A stretch of DNA of 64,000 nt, from positions 2,112,001 to 2,176,000 of the forward strand of contig CP000070.1 of assembly GCA_000002445.1 (NCBI GenBank), given 5' to 3'. This document shows positions 21,007-32,166 of this stretch, one piece after another. This stretch comes from Trypanosoma brucei (Eukaryota). The first letter of the stretch is position 1; each line of letters begins with the position of its first letter. The notes under the pieces are model-generated. The model saw only the letters and a program-made list of their open reading frames with translations, did not search any database and had not been told where the DNA came from. A program made the position numbers and the translations under genes.

Positions 21007-22761
21007 CTACACTGCCCGCTTACAAGAGTAGAGTAGGTTTTTCAGTGCTTTCACATCCTTCTCGCTCTTGATGGCATTCATTTTCGACTGGTAATGCTGC
21101 AGAAACAGGTGGGTATGTTGTTTCAACATTTCTTCAAGCTCCCCGTGCAAGATTGGACTATTCAAAGTGAAGAAGCGGATCAGGTAGTTCAGCTCCTGTA
21201 CATACATGTAGAAGAACTTATTCTTCGCAGTACCGTACATGATTCCCAGATCCCTGTGGACAAGCAGGTACTCGTAGAACTTTACGTACTGAACCTTCAC
21301 GTCGTCCAAGTAACCATTCAGACACGCGTACAGAGACACAATTGCATTCATGAAATACGAGGGTTGTTTCTGGTTGAACAGCGCGACGAATCGGGCACCG
21401 CGGATCATGGGGATCGTTTGTACCTGCTGGCCGCCCACCGAGTCGGCGGCGAGCTTGCGGTACTCCGCAAGAATCCCCTTCAGCTTTCCGGCAACTCCTT
21501 TCATCGCCGCGTTCTGCGCGGAGGAGCCCACACGTGACACAGATAAACCGATGTTCACTGCAGGACGCTGGCCACCAGTAAACAGTTTCGTATCGAGGTA
21601 GATTTGACCGTCAGTAATGGAAATTACATTCGTCACAATATACGCAGTCACGTCGTTAGACAGCGTCTCCACAATGGGAAGCGCTGTCACGGAGCCACCA
21701 CCCTTTCCAGGGGAAAGCATAGCCGCGCGTTCCAGGAGCCGTGAATGCAGGTAGAAGACATCACCCGGATATGCCTCACGGCCCGGTGGACGACGAAGGA
21801 GCAGCGAAATCTGACGGTATGCGACAGCCTGTTTAGAGAGATCATCATACACGCAGAGACAGTGGCGACCACGGTTCATGAAGTACTCGCCCATCGTGAC
21901 GCCAGCGTACGGAGCCAGGTACTGGAGACCAGCAGGTTCTGCAGCCGTGGCAGCCATTACAGTTGTGTACCGCAGTGCACCGTATGACTGCAGAAGGCGA
22001 TGAATGCGCGCGACGTTCGAGCACCGTTGCCCAATCGAGACGTAAATGGAAATGACCGCATTCTTGGATAAAATCTGTTGGTTGATACGCACCTGGTTGA
22101 TAATGGTCGAGACAGCGATGGAGGTCTTGCCCGTCTGGCGGTCGCCCACAATTAATTCACGTTGACCACGGCCAATCGGAATCATGGTGTCGACAGCTTT
22201 GAAACCGGTTAACAGATTATAGTTCACAGGCGAGCGGGACACGATATTGGGTGCACCAGTGTCTACTTTACCCAACGTGCTGTCCAGCAGGCGGCGACTG
22301 CGGGTAACGAGCCCCACCGGAACCTCGTGGCCGAGTGGGTTCACGACCTTCCCCAGCACACCGGCTCCCACAGGAATGTGCAGTAGCTGACCTGTTGCCA
22401 TTACCTTCTGACCAGACTGCACTTCCGTTATATTGTCCATCAGAATGATACCGATACGGCCATCTTTCTCCAGGTTGAATACCAATCCAGCGGCAAATGT
22501 TGTGGGGCTCACCTGAATCTGAATGATGGTGTTGTACGCCACACCGGGATTCCCAGGCGCGGGGATTAGAGTGGCAATGGTGCCATCGATCGAGTGAACA
22601 TAGCCAATCATCTCAGTTGTTTTAAAGAATGACTTCTGAGCAGAAGATGTGCTGCTTGTGGTGCTGGCACCTGCCGGTGCCGTTGCTGCGCTCGCTAGGG
22701 GGCAGGCCAGGGCACAGCGTGACGCCAACCCGGAGGCAAACTTGGAACCAAAGCGACGCAT
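21007..22761 (-). CDS. Mitochondrial F1-ATP synthase alpha subunit, tandem copy 1
   Basis: 584 aa. Walker A GDRQTGKT, the ATP-synthase alpha signature region and an N-terminal presequence MRRFGSKFASGLASR. The six-frame ORF runs 31 codons further upstream (to 22854), but the second copy fixes the start at the MRRFGSKF methionine. Confidence 0.9.
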   Translation of the reverse strand: MRRFGSKFASGLASRCALACPLASAATAPAGASTTSSTSSAQKSFFKTTEMIGYVHSIDGTIATLIPAPGNPGVAYNTIIQIQVSPTTFAAGLVFNLEKDGRIGIILMDNITEVQSGQKVMATGQLLHIPVGAGVLGKVVNPLGHEVPVGLVTRSRRLLDSTLGKVDTGAPNIVSRSPVNYNLLTGFKAVDTMIPIGRGQRELIVGDRQTGKTSIAVSTIINQVRINQQILSKNAVISIYVSIGQRCSNVARIHRLLQSYGALRYTTVMAATAAEPAGLQYLAPYAGVTMGEYFMNRGRHCLCVYDDLSKQAVAYRQISLLLRRPPGREAYPGDVFYLHSRLLERAAMLSPGKGGGSVTALPIVETLSNDVTAYIVTNVISITDGQIYLDTKLFTGGQRPAVNIGLSVSRVGSSAQNAAMKGVAGKLKGILAEYRKLAADSVGGQQVQTIPMIRGARFVALFNQKQPSYFMNAIVSLYACLNGYLDDVKVQYVKFYEYLLVHRDLGIMYGTAKNKFFYMYVQELNYLIRFFTLNSPILHGELEEMLKQHTHLFLQHYQSKMNAIKSEKDVKALKNLLYSCKRAV

Positions 22762-23096
22762 CTTCTCTTGAATCACTAGTGAGGGGGAAAAAAAAGCAAG
22801 CGTGCCACCAATAGCTTCATTAGTAAATAGAGTACCATAGCGTAGTGAAAACAAAACGACTCCGCATATTTGTTTACAGCCGCAACCACCAACGCCGCAC
22901 TAAAATAATGAACCGTCAACCTCTCAGTGACAACAAAAACACGCACACACGCACACAAACACACATAACCAAGTAAGAACAAAAAAACAAAATTCCCTAT
23001 ACCATCGCCACTTGTTCCTTTCGTTATACCTAAAAGTGAAAATAAAAGTGCTACCGGAGGCTAACCTCATTCACTAACAAAGACCTGCTAGCTAAA

Positions 23097-24851
23097 CTAC
23101 ACTGCCCGCTTACAAGAGTAGAGTAGGTTTTTCAGTGCTTTCACATCCTTCTCGCTCTTGATGGCATTCATTTTCGACTGGTAATGCTGCAGAAACAGGT
23201 GGGTATGTTGTTTCAACATTTCTTCAAGCTCCCCGTGCAAGATTGGACTATTCAAAGTGAAGAAGCGGATCAGGTAGTTCAGCTCCTGTACATACATGTA
23301 GAAGAACTTATTCTTCGCAGTACCGTACATGATTCCCAGATCCCTGTGGACAAGCAGGTACTCGTAGAACTTTACGTACTGAACCTTCACGTCGTCCAAG
23401 TAACCATTCAGACACGCGTACAGAGACACAATTGCATTCATGAAATACGAGGGTTGTTTCTGGTTGAACAGCGCGACGAATCGGGCACCGCGGATCATGG
23501 GGATCGTTTGTACCTGCTGGCCGCCCACCGAGTCGGCGGCGAGCTTGCGGTACTCCGCAAGAATCCCCTTCAGCTTTCCGGCAACTCCTTTCATCGCCGC
23601 GTTCTGCGCGGAGGAGCCCACACGTGACACAGATAAACCGATGTTCACTGCAGGACGCTGGCCACCAGTAAACAGTTTCGTATCGAGGTAGATTTGACCG
23701 TCAGTAATGGAAATTACATTCGTCACAATATACGCAGTCACGTCGTTAGACAGCGTCTCCACAATGGGAAGCGCTGTCACGGAGCCACCACCCTTTCCAG
23801 GGGAAAGCATAGCCGCGCGTTCCAGGAGCCGTGAATGCAGGTAGAAGACATCACCCGGATATGCCTCACGGCCCGGTGGACGACGAAGGAGCAGCGAAAT
23901 CTGACGGTATGCGACAGCCTGTTTAGAGAGATCATCATACACGCAGAGACAGTGGCGACCACGGTTCATGAAGTACTCGCCCATCGTGACGCCAGCGTAC
24001 GGAGCCAGGTACTGGAGACCAGCAGGTTCTGCAGCCGTGGCAGCCATTACAGTTGTGTACCGCAGTGCACCGTATGACTGCAGAAGGCGATGAATGCGCG
24101 CGACGTTCGAGCACCGTTGCCCAATCGAGACGTAAATGGAAATGACCGCATTCTTGGATAAAATCTGTTGGTTGATACGCACCTGGTTGATAATGGTCGA
24201 GACAGCGATGGAGGTCTTGCCCGTCTGGCGGTCGCCCACAATTAATTCACGTTGACCACGGCCAATCGGAATCATGGTGTCGACAGCTTTGAAACCGGTT
24301 AACAGATTATAGTTCACAGGCGAGCGGGACACGATATTGGGTGCACCAGTGTCTACTTTACCCAACGTGCTGTCCAGCAGGCGGCGACTGCGGGTAACGA
24401 GCCCCACCGGAACCTCGTGGCCGAGTGGGTTCACGACCTTCCCCAGCACACCGGCTCCCACAGGAATGTGCAGTAGCTGACCTGTTGCCATTACCTTCTG
24501 ACCAGACTGCACTTCCGTTATATTGTCCATCAGAATGATACCGATACGGCCATCTTTCTCCAGGTTGAATACCAATCCAGCGGCAAATGTTGTGGGGCTC
24601 ACCTGAATCTGAATGATGGTGTTGTACGCCACACCGGGATTCCCAGGCGCGGGGATTAGAGTGGCAATGGTGCCATCGATCGAGTGAACATAGCCAATCA
24701 TCTCAGTTGTTTTAAAGAATGACTTCTGAGCAGAAGATGTGCTGCTTGTGGTGCTGGCACCTGCCGGTGCCGTTGCTGCGCTCGCTAGGGGGCAGGCCAG
24801 GGCACAGCGTGACGCCAACCCGGAGGCAAACTTGGAACCAAAGCGACGCAT
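23097..24851 (-). CDS. Mitochondrial F1-ATP synthase alpha subunit, tandem copy 2 (protein identical to copy 1)
   Basis: Same 584-aa translation as copy 1. Even the spurious antisense ORFs are duplicated exactly, so the DNA of the two copies is identical across the CDS. Confidence 0.92.
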   Translation of the reverse strand: MRRFGSKFASGLASRCALACPLASAATAPAGASTTSSTSSAQKSFFKTTEMIGYVHSIDGTIATLIPAPGNPGVAYNTIIQIQVSPTTFAAGLVFNLEKDGRIGIILMDNITEVQSGQKVMATGQLLHIPVGAGVLGKVVNPLGHEVPVGLVTRSRRLLDSTLGKVDTGAPNIVSRSPVNYNLLTGFKAVDTMIPIGRGQRELIVGDRQTGKTSIAVSTIINQVRINQQILSKNAVISIYVSIGQRCSNVARIHRLLQSYGALRYTTVMAATAAEPAGLQYLAPYAGVTMGEYFMNRGRHCLCVYDDLSKQAVAYRQISLLLRRPPGREAYPGDVFYLHSRLLERAAMLSPGKGGGSVTALPIVETLSNDVTAYIVTNVISITDGQIYLDTKLFTGGQRPAVNIGLSVSRVGSSAQNAAMKGVAGKLKGILAEYRKLAADSVGGQQVQTIPMIRGARFVALFNQKQPSYFMNAIVSLYACLNGYLDDVKVQYVKFYEYLLVHRDLGIMYGTAKNKFFYMYVQELNYLIRFFTLNSPILHGELEEMLKQHTHLFLQHYQSKMNAIKSEKDVKALKNLLYSCKRAV

Positions 24852-25234
24852 ACTTTGTGCAGGTGGTGTTGCTTAGATGACTTGGGACCCTAGGAAAAGT
24901 GTTAGAAATGAAAATATTATTTTAAAAATGATTTTGGTAGACATATATCGGCAATACGAGGTGTGTGCATGCTGCCGTTGCAGTTGTAGGCCCATGTTCA
25001 TATGGGTTTGTATTTTAATACAGCGTGTACGATACGTCATACTTTTTTCTCTAACTTTCGGCTCCATTTTGTTCTGTAAATATGTTTTTCAATGCCTTGC
25101 ATCAATTTACACAAACCGTAAGCCTTTGTATTATTGCTTCCAAAACTTTTACCCCCACCACACAACAGGGCAGCAGTCACCACAAACGCTAAGAAATGCG
25201 TGTTCCCGTAATGTTTGGTCCATCAAGCATCAAT

Positions 25235-25654
25235 TTACAAAACACCACGTCTGTGGTTTGGCTGCCAGTTTGCTTCAATTTCTTGAGCGAATGGAGAGCC
25301 GGGCTCCAGTGGAGGGAAAACGGAACGACGTCCCACTACGGTACACAGAAGAAATAGAAACAAACATTTCGTGATTGCACGGAGATAAAGAACGACGTCC
25401 TTTGTCTCCGTTGCAGCTAAGGAAAGCCGCCCCCCTCTTATGTACGACAGCTCACCGGAGAGCCTTCTCCAACGGTAAGGAAGGAGTGCCCTTTGATATG
25501 ACCAGTACTCACGCCAAACACTTGCACAGAGATCCTCACCCGAGCGGTAATGCTCTTCAACATGACGCTTTAACGGCTCATTCATGCGATCGATCCTCTT
25601 GCTCATGGATGTCGCGAGTGCGGTAAGTGGTCTTGTAAGAGCTTTTCGTGACAT
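25235..25654 (-). CDS. Possible small hypothetical protein (139 aa); weak call
   Basis: Only co-oriented ORF over 100 aa in the 2.7-kb gap between the ATP synthase alpha genes and NOG2. It is basic and Arg/Trp-rich with a hydrophobic C-terminal segment. The upstream sequence is A/C-rich rather than a clean polypyrimidine tract, so it could be a non-coding UTR. Confidence 0.25.
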   Translation of the reverse strand: MSRKALTRPLTALATSMSKRIDRMNEPLKRHVEEHYRSGEDLCASVWREYWSYQRALLPYRWRRLSGELSYIRGGRLSLAATETKDVVLYLRAITKCLFLFLLCTVVGRRSVFPPLEPGSPFAQEIEANWQPNHRRGVL

Positions 25655-27597
25655 TATGCTGGTCGTGTGGTTATGCTGTTATGTGCGTGTTCCTTCTGTG
25701 TCACAGCGACACCAAAGGTTAGGTGAAGTACCTCGGAACGAATGTCGTAGTAGCAAATAGAATCAAGTAACCTTCAAGTCCCTGAAATTGTTCAGGATAG
25801 TAATACAACAACTATAACAAAAAAAGAAAGGAACAAATCCGTTTGCCAAGGGATGTCAACAGAACACCTCCAACGCCAGCAACAGTAAAGCAGATTGAAG
25901 GGGACTGGGAAGATGCTAAGGATCAATTGGAGATGAGGGGGAAGACCGGAGAGCCGCACGGGCGTAGTCCCTGCCCCGCATCTTAGAGAAACAAAACATG
26001 TGGCAACGCTTGCACATTGTTGATAGGTATGAGCATTGGCATCCCGGAAAGTCTCAAACATAAGATGATGAGAAAGGGGAGGAGTGAAAAGAAATTTGAA
26101 AAGTGCCTGTGTAGGCTCACATCTACACCAAGGTAAAGTGGCGGATCACGGTTCTTGAGACGGCCATCAACTCAGCACAACTTACGCGAATAGGCACGAG
26201 GGGGAAAGGCTTAAAAGAGAACATCCTCCTCCTCTCCCACCGCAAACCGAGGGAATTAATTACCACAAATGCGATTCCGCTCCCATCCCTACAGAGAACG
26301 AGTTTTCTCACCCCCGCTCGCGCGCACGCAGGCAAAATAAGCAAACAACTTCATGGTGTGCTGCCGCAAACCACCTGCCGTGATCACAATCATGCTTCGC
26401 CTCCGCCCCCCCCCCCCCCAACGGTGACATGTCCCTGTCAGAGCGACGAACAAACAAGTAAACGATACACTTGAAAATTATCCATAGGGAGTGGTATTGA
26501 CAATCCGGAAATTTGTCGACTGGTGCTACGCCGCGTCGCAAACTTGACAAACTGCTCTCATCCACACCTGCAGCTCATCGATCTGGTTTACGTGAATGCG
26601 GCTTTCCACAATACAAGTACAATGCCGGAAGGACTTTTCGTAGTAGCTGACAATGCGAAAAAGTTCGTGTGCAACCGAAAAGGGAGAGGACCGAGAGGGA
26701 CAAGTTCGAGAAAGGAAAAACCGACCTACGCCCAATCAATAACTTTCACGGCCAGAGGGACGGCGTCACCAGCACGCGGTCGTTACACATGTATAGAAAT
26801 GTTCCTTTGCGTCACTCATAATATGTCTGGACCATCAATAACAGTGGGACTGTATCCAATTACCCCCACAACAGGTACAATAGAATGAGTAGGTGCCACA
26901 AGCAGTGCTTAACAGTTAGAAGGTTTGTATTCATACCACTGAACAAGTGAATAGGCGCCCCGATGTTCACTTCCCCCCCGTGGTTCTCATGAGCCTTTCG
27001 CGGGAACGGAGAAGCGAATGCCAGGGACAACACCTCCTCCTCCTACGGAGGGAGAAAAAAGTTTGTACCGGAGCAGCACTGAGAACGAATACCCTTTGGA
27101 AAACTTGTCACCGCCCCTGCTGCTCAAAGGGCGCGTCATTTCTGATAGACCGAACGCAACAATACATGTAAATGTCTTCACATGGACTCTTCAACCTCGC
27201 CTTTATGTCCTATTTGTTGCAAGTGTGTCCCGCACATCGGGGTGTCATCTTCTGACGCCTGAAACCGAGGATGCCCACCACCTCAACCTACGTAAACCAG
27301 GGGAAGGACGGGCGTAGATGCAGCTAGCATTTCAGCTTCCTTTCCCCATGTAAGCATGTCATGCACTTCCGCCCCCTAATGTCGCCACCTTTTCTTCCAA
27401 CAAAATCACACATACATACACAGTGTTTGATGTGTTACCTTTCTAGAGATGCCACGGTGAGAGTGAAGGCGAGGAGGAGCAGGAACATAATTCAGTGCTG
27501 GACGAAAAGGGGGATGTCCACCAGACGCACCGCTCACTACGTGTAGTGTGTATGTACTTAAATACGCTTAAGTTACTTAATGTTAAATAGCGCGCCG

Positions 27598-29403
27598 TCA
27601 GTCCTGAGCTGCAAGAAGGAAGCGCCTCCACAGCTCATCGTCGTTGGGCCCGTCACCGGGTTCGGTAGAAATCGATGAGGGCTCGTGCAGATCCTTCTTA
27701 CGTAACCCCTTCTTCTTTGTGGGCTCCTGTCGCAACGCAAAGGTAGCAACTGTTGTATTAGGGTCTGGGGGTTTCCCGCTAAACTTGGGTTCAACTCGTT
27801 TCGTCGCATCGCCTTGCACTCCTTCTGCAGGCCGTTCCTCCTCATCCTCACTGCAGTATGGCTCATCTTTGTGATCCATCACACCATCAACTATGTTGAA
27901 TGAACTGTAATGTTCAATTACCTTCATATGCTTTGCCTCAGACAACCCCATTGTGTCGCGATAGTGCTTGTTTGATTCAAATGGGGGTGCACTAAACCAT
28001 GGGATGCGTCCACGTTGCCAGTCGTATAGAACCATGCGTGCTGCTGCCTCTGTATCCGGCTCTCCTCCCGTTACGAGTTTGCCACGAAGTTTCGCCAACT
28101 TCTCAAGAAAGTCGTTTACGTCCCGCCAACTCGAAATGCCGTACGTCGCAGCAATGTCTTTCGGTTTCACGATGTCGAGGACTGTATTCACCACATCTGT
28201 TTTATCAGCGTTCCCCAGGCGCTCCACTCGAACTACACCCTTAAGTACAGCTTGCACATCGTTGTTTGTCTCGCGGTCGTAAACCACCCCTGGGCAATCA
28301 ATCAAAAAGATATTCCTTGTTAGCGCAACGTACTGCCATACCTTTGTTTCCCCCGGAATTGGCGCAACCTTGCATACAGACTTGCGCCGCAGTGTATTGA
28401 TCAATGAACTCTTCCCAACGTTCGGGTACCCGATAATACCCACAGATATTGGTGTTTTAGTGCGACTGCTCCCCCGGTGGGTGACATTCTGCAGCTTTGA
28501 AAACTGCCGTAGAAGCGATATCACACTTCCTTTCCCAAAGGGATGGTTTACACTCGCATGGAAAGCGACCGTAGGATAGTCCTTACTCAGAACCTGAAGC
28601 CATCGGGCAGTGGCCCACAAAGGAATGAGGTCGCATTTGTTCAAAATGAAGACGAAGTGCTTATATTTCTTTTCTTTTCGCATGTAATCCTCGAGGTACG
28701 CACTGCGCGTTCCCAAAGGGTCGCGGGCATCCAAGACGTACAGCACGACGTCTGAGCTGTCAATGACCTTATAAAGTTCGTTCCAAATACGGTTTGATTG
28801 TCCCTTGCGCAAGAGACCTTGGTTCTTTGAACGATCGAGGCGCTCAGTCTCTGATTTTTTCACGAGATCACGATCCGTCCCTTTCTTGTGAGTAAGATAC
28901 TCAGTGTTTTTCGACTCTGCTTTCCTCGCAAAATCTTCCATATCAACAGTGTCTAACCGAATTCGCTTTCGATTAGATTTGTCACCGAAGGTCTTTTCCC
29001 ACTCCATTAGCTGCCTGACACTGCCTTCCTCCTTTTCGGTCATTGTGAGAAGACTGAGGGGAAGTTTCGATTGCTTAATGACAACACTGTACGGGTCTCT
29101 GTATTTAGCACCCATTTCTGTCCTAAACTTTTGCAGTGCCTCCTGCCCAATAACTCTTGTGTTGCCAAACCAGCGGCGATCAGGTGCAACACGCACCATC
29201 TGCTGTTCAACACGATCCGACGCCTTTAAAACGCTCCCCTTCACAATGTGACCCTTTTCATCACGAACAATCTTGGAAGTGTACATTTTCAATCGCTTGA
29301 TCGTCCGCTGGTCTCGCAAACTTGTTTTCGTGGGGTCCACACGGCGGTTAACATTCGTAGGTGCGAGGAGGCCTTTCCCGGCCTTTTTACCAGGCTTCCC
29401 CAT
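27598..29403 (-). CDS. NOG2: Nucleolar GTP-binding protein 2 (NOG2/GNL2-type circularly permuted GTPase), 60S ribosome biogenesis
   Basis: N-terminus MGKPGKK...NVNRR...TSKIVRDEKGHIVKG is typical of NOG2. The GTPase motifs are in permuted order: G4 (NKCDLIP), then G1 (GIIGYPNVGKSSLIN), then G3 (DCPGVV). An acidic C-terminal tail follows. Confidence 0.85.
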   Translation of the reverse strand: MGKPGKKAGKGLLAPTNVNRRVDPTKTSLRDQRTIKRLKMYTSKIVRDEKGHIVKGSVLKASDRVEQQMVRVAPDRRWFGNTRVIGQEALQKFRTEMGAKYRDPYSVVIKQSKLPLSLLTMTEKEEGSVRQLMEWEKTFGDKSNRKRIRLDTVDMEDFARKAESKNTEYLTHKKGTDRDLVKKSETERLDRSKNQGLLRKGQSNRIWNELYKVIDSSDVVLYVLDARDPLGTRSAYLEDYMRKEKKYKHFVFILNKCDLIPLWATARWLQVLSKDYPTVAFHASVNHPFGKGSVISLLRQFSKLQNVTHRGSSRTKTPISVGIIGYPNVGKSSLINTLRRKSVCKVAPIPGETKVWQYVALTRNIFLIDCPGVVYDRETNNDVQAVLKGVVRVERLGNADKTDVVNTVLDIVKPKDIAATYGISSWRDVNDFLEKLAKLRGKLVTGGEPDTEAAARMVLYDWQRGRIPWFSAPPFESNKHYRDTMGLSEAKHMKVIEHYSSFNIVDGVMDHKDEPYCSEDEEERPAEGVQGDATKRVEPKFSGKPPDPNTTVATFALRQEPTKKKGLRKKDLHEPSSISTEPGDGPNDDELWRRFLLAAQD

Positions 29404-29702
29404 TATCTACTCTACCTTCTCTGACAACTCTTTTAAAAGAAGTAATGGGTGAGGGGACTTATTAGACACATCAACCAAACGCCTTTGTATCACTCCGCTG
29501 AGGGACAATGCAGTATATTTGTCGTGCGCTGCCCAACAACGCAGCACGAAGGCTCATGCACTTTCCCCACGTATTATTGCACCGTCTGTTTAAAATTGGG
29601 GGATGATAAAATGAAAAAGAACACAGAGCTATTAAAGGTGTGGAGTGAAGGACCCACTTTACTTTTCTTTTTTGCTTTCTCATCTCCCCTTTCCTTGTTC
29701 AT

Positions 29703-30281
29703 TTACCTCCTCACCGTTGGTTTGATAGCTTGGTCAAGCCACGTATATCGACATGCAGCTTCATCAAGATCACTTGGACCGATTTCTACGAAATCCTCGA
29801 GTCCCATTATCTTGTGCACAAGTTCTGTATCTTCCTCATTGCGAAGTTTGCAACTCAGACAAACACAAAGGAAATCGTGAAACCCCTTCATCTCATACTT
29901 TTCCGCCGCATTTATCGTTTGCAGATAATGCATGATGTTCAAGTCATTCATAAGGCGGGTAGTGAAAAATTCTCTCTCCCAGTCGTCCTTCAAAACATGC
30001 TGCACGTTACGATATATGCAGGGCCTAACTGTGCTGCTCACTGCAACCCCATCCATGCCGTACTTAAGTGTCCACTGGGCAAGGCTCTCGAGAACCGCTT
30101 CCGGATAATCAAATTCAATATCTTCCTCTTCGCTTGATTTCTCAATAAATTTTAGCCGGTTAAGGTGATCCTTTGATACCTCCGCGTACTTTCCGTCGCT
30201 ACAGTGCACAACCGCGTAAAGGGACCTGTCAACATTTGCGGTGTTGTAAACGACACGAATGCCGTGTGTGGAAAAAACCAT
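29703..30281 (-). CDS. Divergent SKP1-family (SCF adaptor-like) protein, 192 aa
   Basis: By-eye alignment to SKP1: SDG in the BTB-like N-terminal fold; [20 protein letters not shown] versus human [29 protein letters not shown] versus [26 protein letters not shown] versus AANYLDIKGLLDVTCKTVA. A hidden-Markov-model search is needed to confirm. Confidence 0.5.
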   Translation of the reverse strand: [192 protein letters not shown]

Positions 30282-32136
30282 AACTTGATTTCGCCGCGGT
30301 GATATATATTTATATGTGTTAGTGGCTCAGTATCTTAGACAGAAATGTGAACAAACAAGCGACAAGAATGGGAGTACGCTAAAGTACATGTGTGTGTGTG
30401 TGGGGGGGGGGGAGGAGGTTTCGTCGTGGCCATATAACATGATAGTCCACGAAGAGCAATAATAATAATGACAACAACAGCACACCAGCAACTTTAATGA
30501 ATAAAAAAATATTGATATTATCACACGGAGCCCTCTTCCAGAATACTAAATTAACACAGCTCACCGCCACGAAAGCAACATAATTAGTTTTCAATAATAT
30601 TTCAAAAAAAAAAAAGTAAAAAAGAACGACAAAGGACGGTAAAATAATTGCAGTCGTGTCCAATTCGATAAACTCAGTAAAACGGACGCTGGAAACCGTC
30701 AGTCATCGGGGAAAGGTTCATCCTTACGTTCAAATTCGCACATGCGTCGTGATAAATACCGACGACGAAACACAAACAATGGCCCAACAAACAGGAAAAC
30801 AGCTCCCAAAGCATAAGGGGGCACATACACATATTACCACAAGGTGGCGACGGCATGAACTGACCAAGTTTTACCCCTGCTAAAAAAATCAACTTCTTAC
30901 ACGAGCGGCTGCCACAATAAAGAAGGAGAGCGGCCAGCGAACTCATCCGCTCCACAAACAAACTAGATCAGAGACCATCATAATAATGCCAGTAAAGAAA
31001 GCAATGCAACAAACCCCACGGCAATGACGGAAAGGAAAGTATAAACTGTCGGGCATTAAAAAAAAAAAAGAGGATGGAACGCAGTGGAACCTGCGCCGTA
31101 ACAACGGGACACGTCCATAATCAAAGCAATGCAAACAATAAACAAAGGGATAAACGTGTAGACGGAAATAAAATTAGTTCCACTTAGCAGATTTGGGGCA
31201 TTACCATTGCACTCAGTGATCTCACCGATCTTTCCACATGAAGCATAAGCCTCACCCCAAACCCACCCGACACCATGACAAAACGTAAGCGAATCAACCT
31301 CTTTGTGTGGTTTGGAGGCAAGCGCGGTGTGCTAAGTAACAAAGCCTGGGTGCGAACATCTTTCTACCCATCTCCCCACTAAACGACAGGGAAGTCTGTA
31401 GAGAGGTTAACACACAAAAAGGTCTGCTGCTTGCAGATGCACATCTGTGGAGAACACAGTTGCATGTGTCGTTTGTCCATAGATAGCTAAGGTACGAATA
31501 CAGTAACATAAAAACGATATGGTGCAAAGCGTTCCTCTGCACTGCATACATCCCCTGCCTTTCCATGGATTCAACAGAGGCTTCCCCCGGGGTGCGGCAA
31601 GTCTCAGGTTGTGTCCACCCCGTGTGCGTATCAGGCGTGCGTCTGCTTCCGTTGAAGCATTACGCATCTTGCACGCACCATCGACCGCCTGGCAGCGATC
31701 GGCTACAGCCTCGTAAAGTCTTCCATAGCTTCTTGACTGGGCTGCTCCGGCTACCCTGTCAGCAGCCCGTCGCCGACGTGCCTGCTTTTAGCCCACTTTA
31801 CATCACAACCGGAGGACGCCCTATACCCGTTGCGGGACCCTTCACGTGCTTCGGGTTGCTGTGCACAGCCGAGGCCCGCGCGAAGAATTATTTCCCGCGA
31901 GCTGTGTACTTATGCCGTCGCTTCCCGCATTTGCTTCTTTCTCCTGTTCTACTCCGGGGCATTACCCGCGCACACCGCTTGGGTGCCATAGCTGGGTCCT
32001 GTCTTCACGCAGCACCGTCACCAAACCGGTGGCGTAACTGCACCGTCAACGTTCGCACACATTTAACGTATTCTTTATATTCTATCTAGCTCCATCCCGC
32101 CCCACGTGGAGTCGCGGAGCCACTTTCTCATTTAGA

Positions 32137-32166
32137 CCCCCCCCCCCCCCCCCACACACACACATC
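32137..32166. repeat. C17 homopolymer immediately followed by a short (AC)n run
   Basis: Read directly from the sequence (ttagac-C17-acacacacacacatc). It lies at the right edge of a GC-rich non-coding block. Confidence 0.9.

Larger units (their letters stand above)
20933..24853. repeat. Direct tandem duplication: two ~1831-bp identical units (20933-22763 and 23023-24853) with 2090-bp periodicity
   Basis: Identity begins at ttatacctaaaagtgaaaataaaagtgctaccgg (70 nt 3' of the stop codon) and ends immediately after the start codon. The 5' flanks (22764-23022 versus 24854 onward) are unrelated. Confidence 0.9.

Noticed and set aside
22762-22854. 31-codon N-terminal extension of ATP synthase alpha copy 1 (MFSLRYGTLF...)
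   Set aside because: It is not present in copy 2, whose flank diverges immediately 5' of the shared MRRFGSKF start. The extension is read-through of 5' UTR in frame.
21094-24241. Duplicated antisense ORFs (147, 83, 61, 80 and 64 aa) inside both ATP synthase alpha copies
   Set aside because: They lie inside a strongly supported conserved CDS on the opposite strand. They are duplicated only because the DNA is duplicated, and they have no protein-like features.
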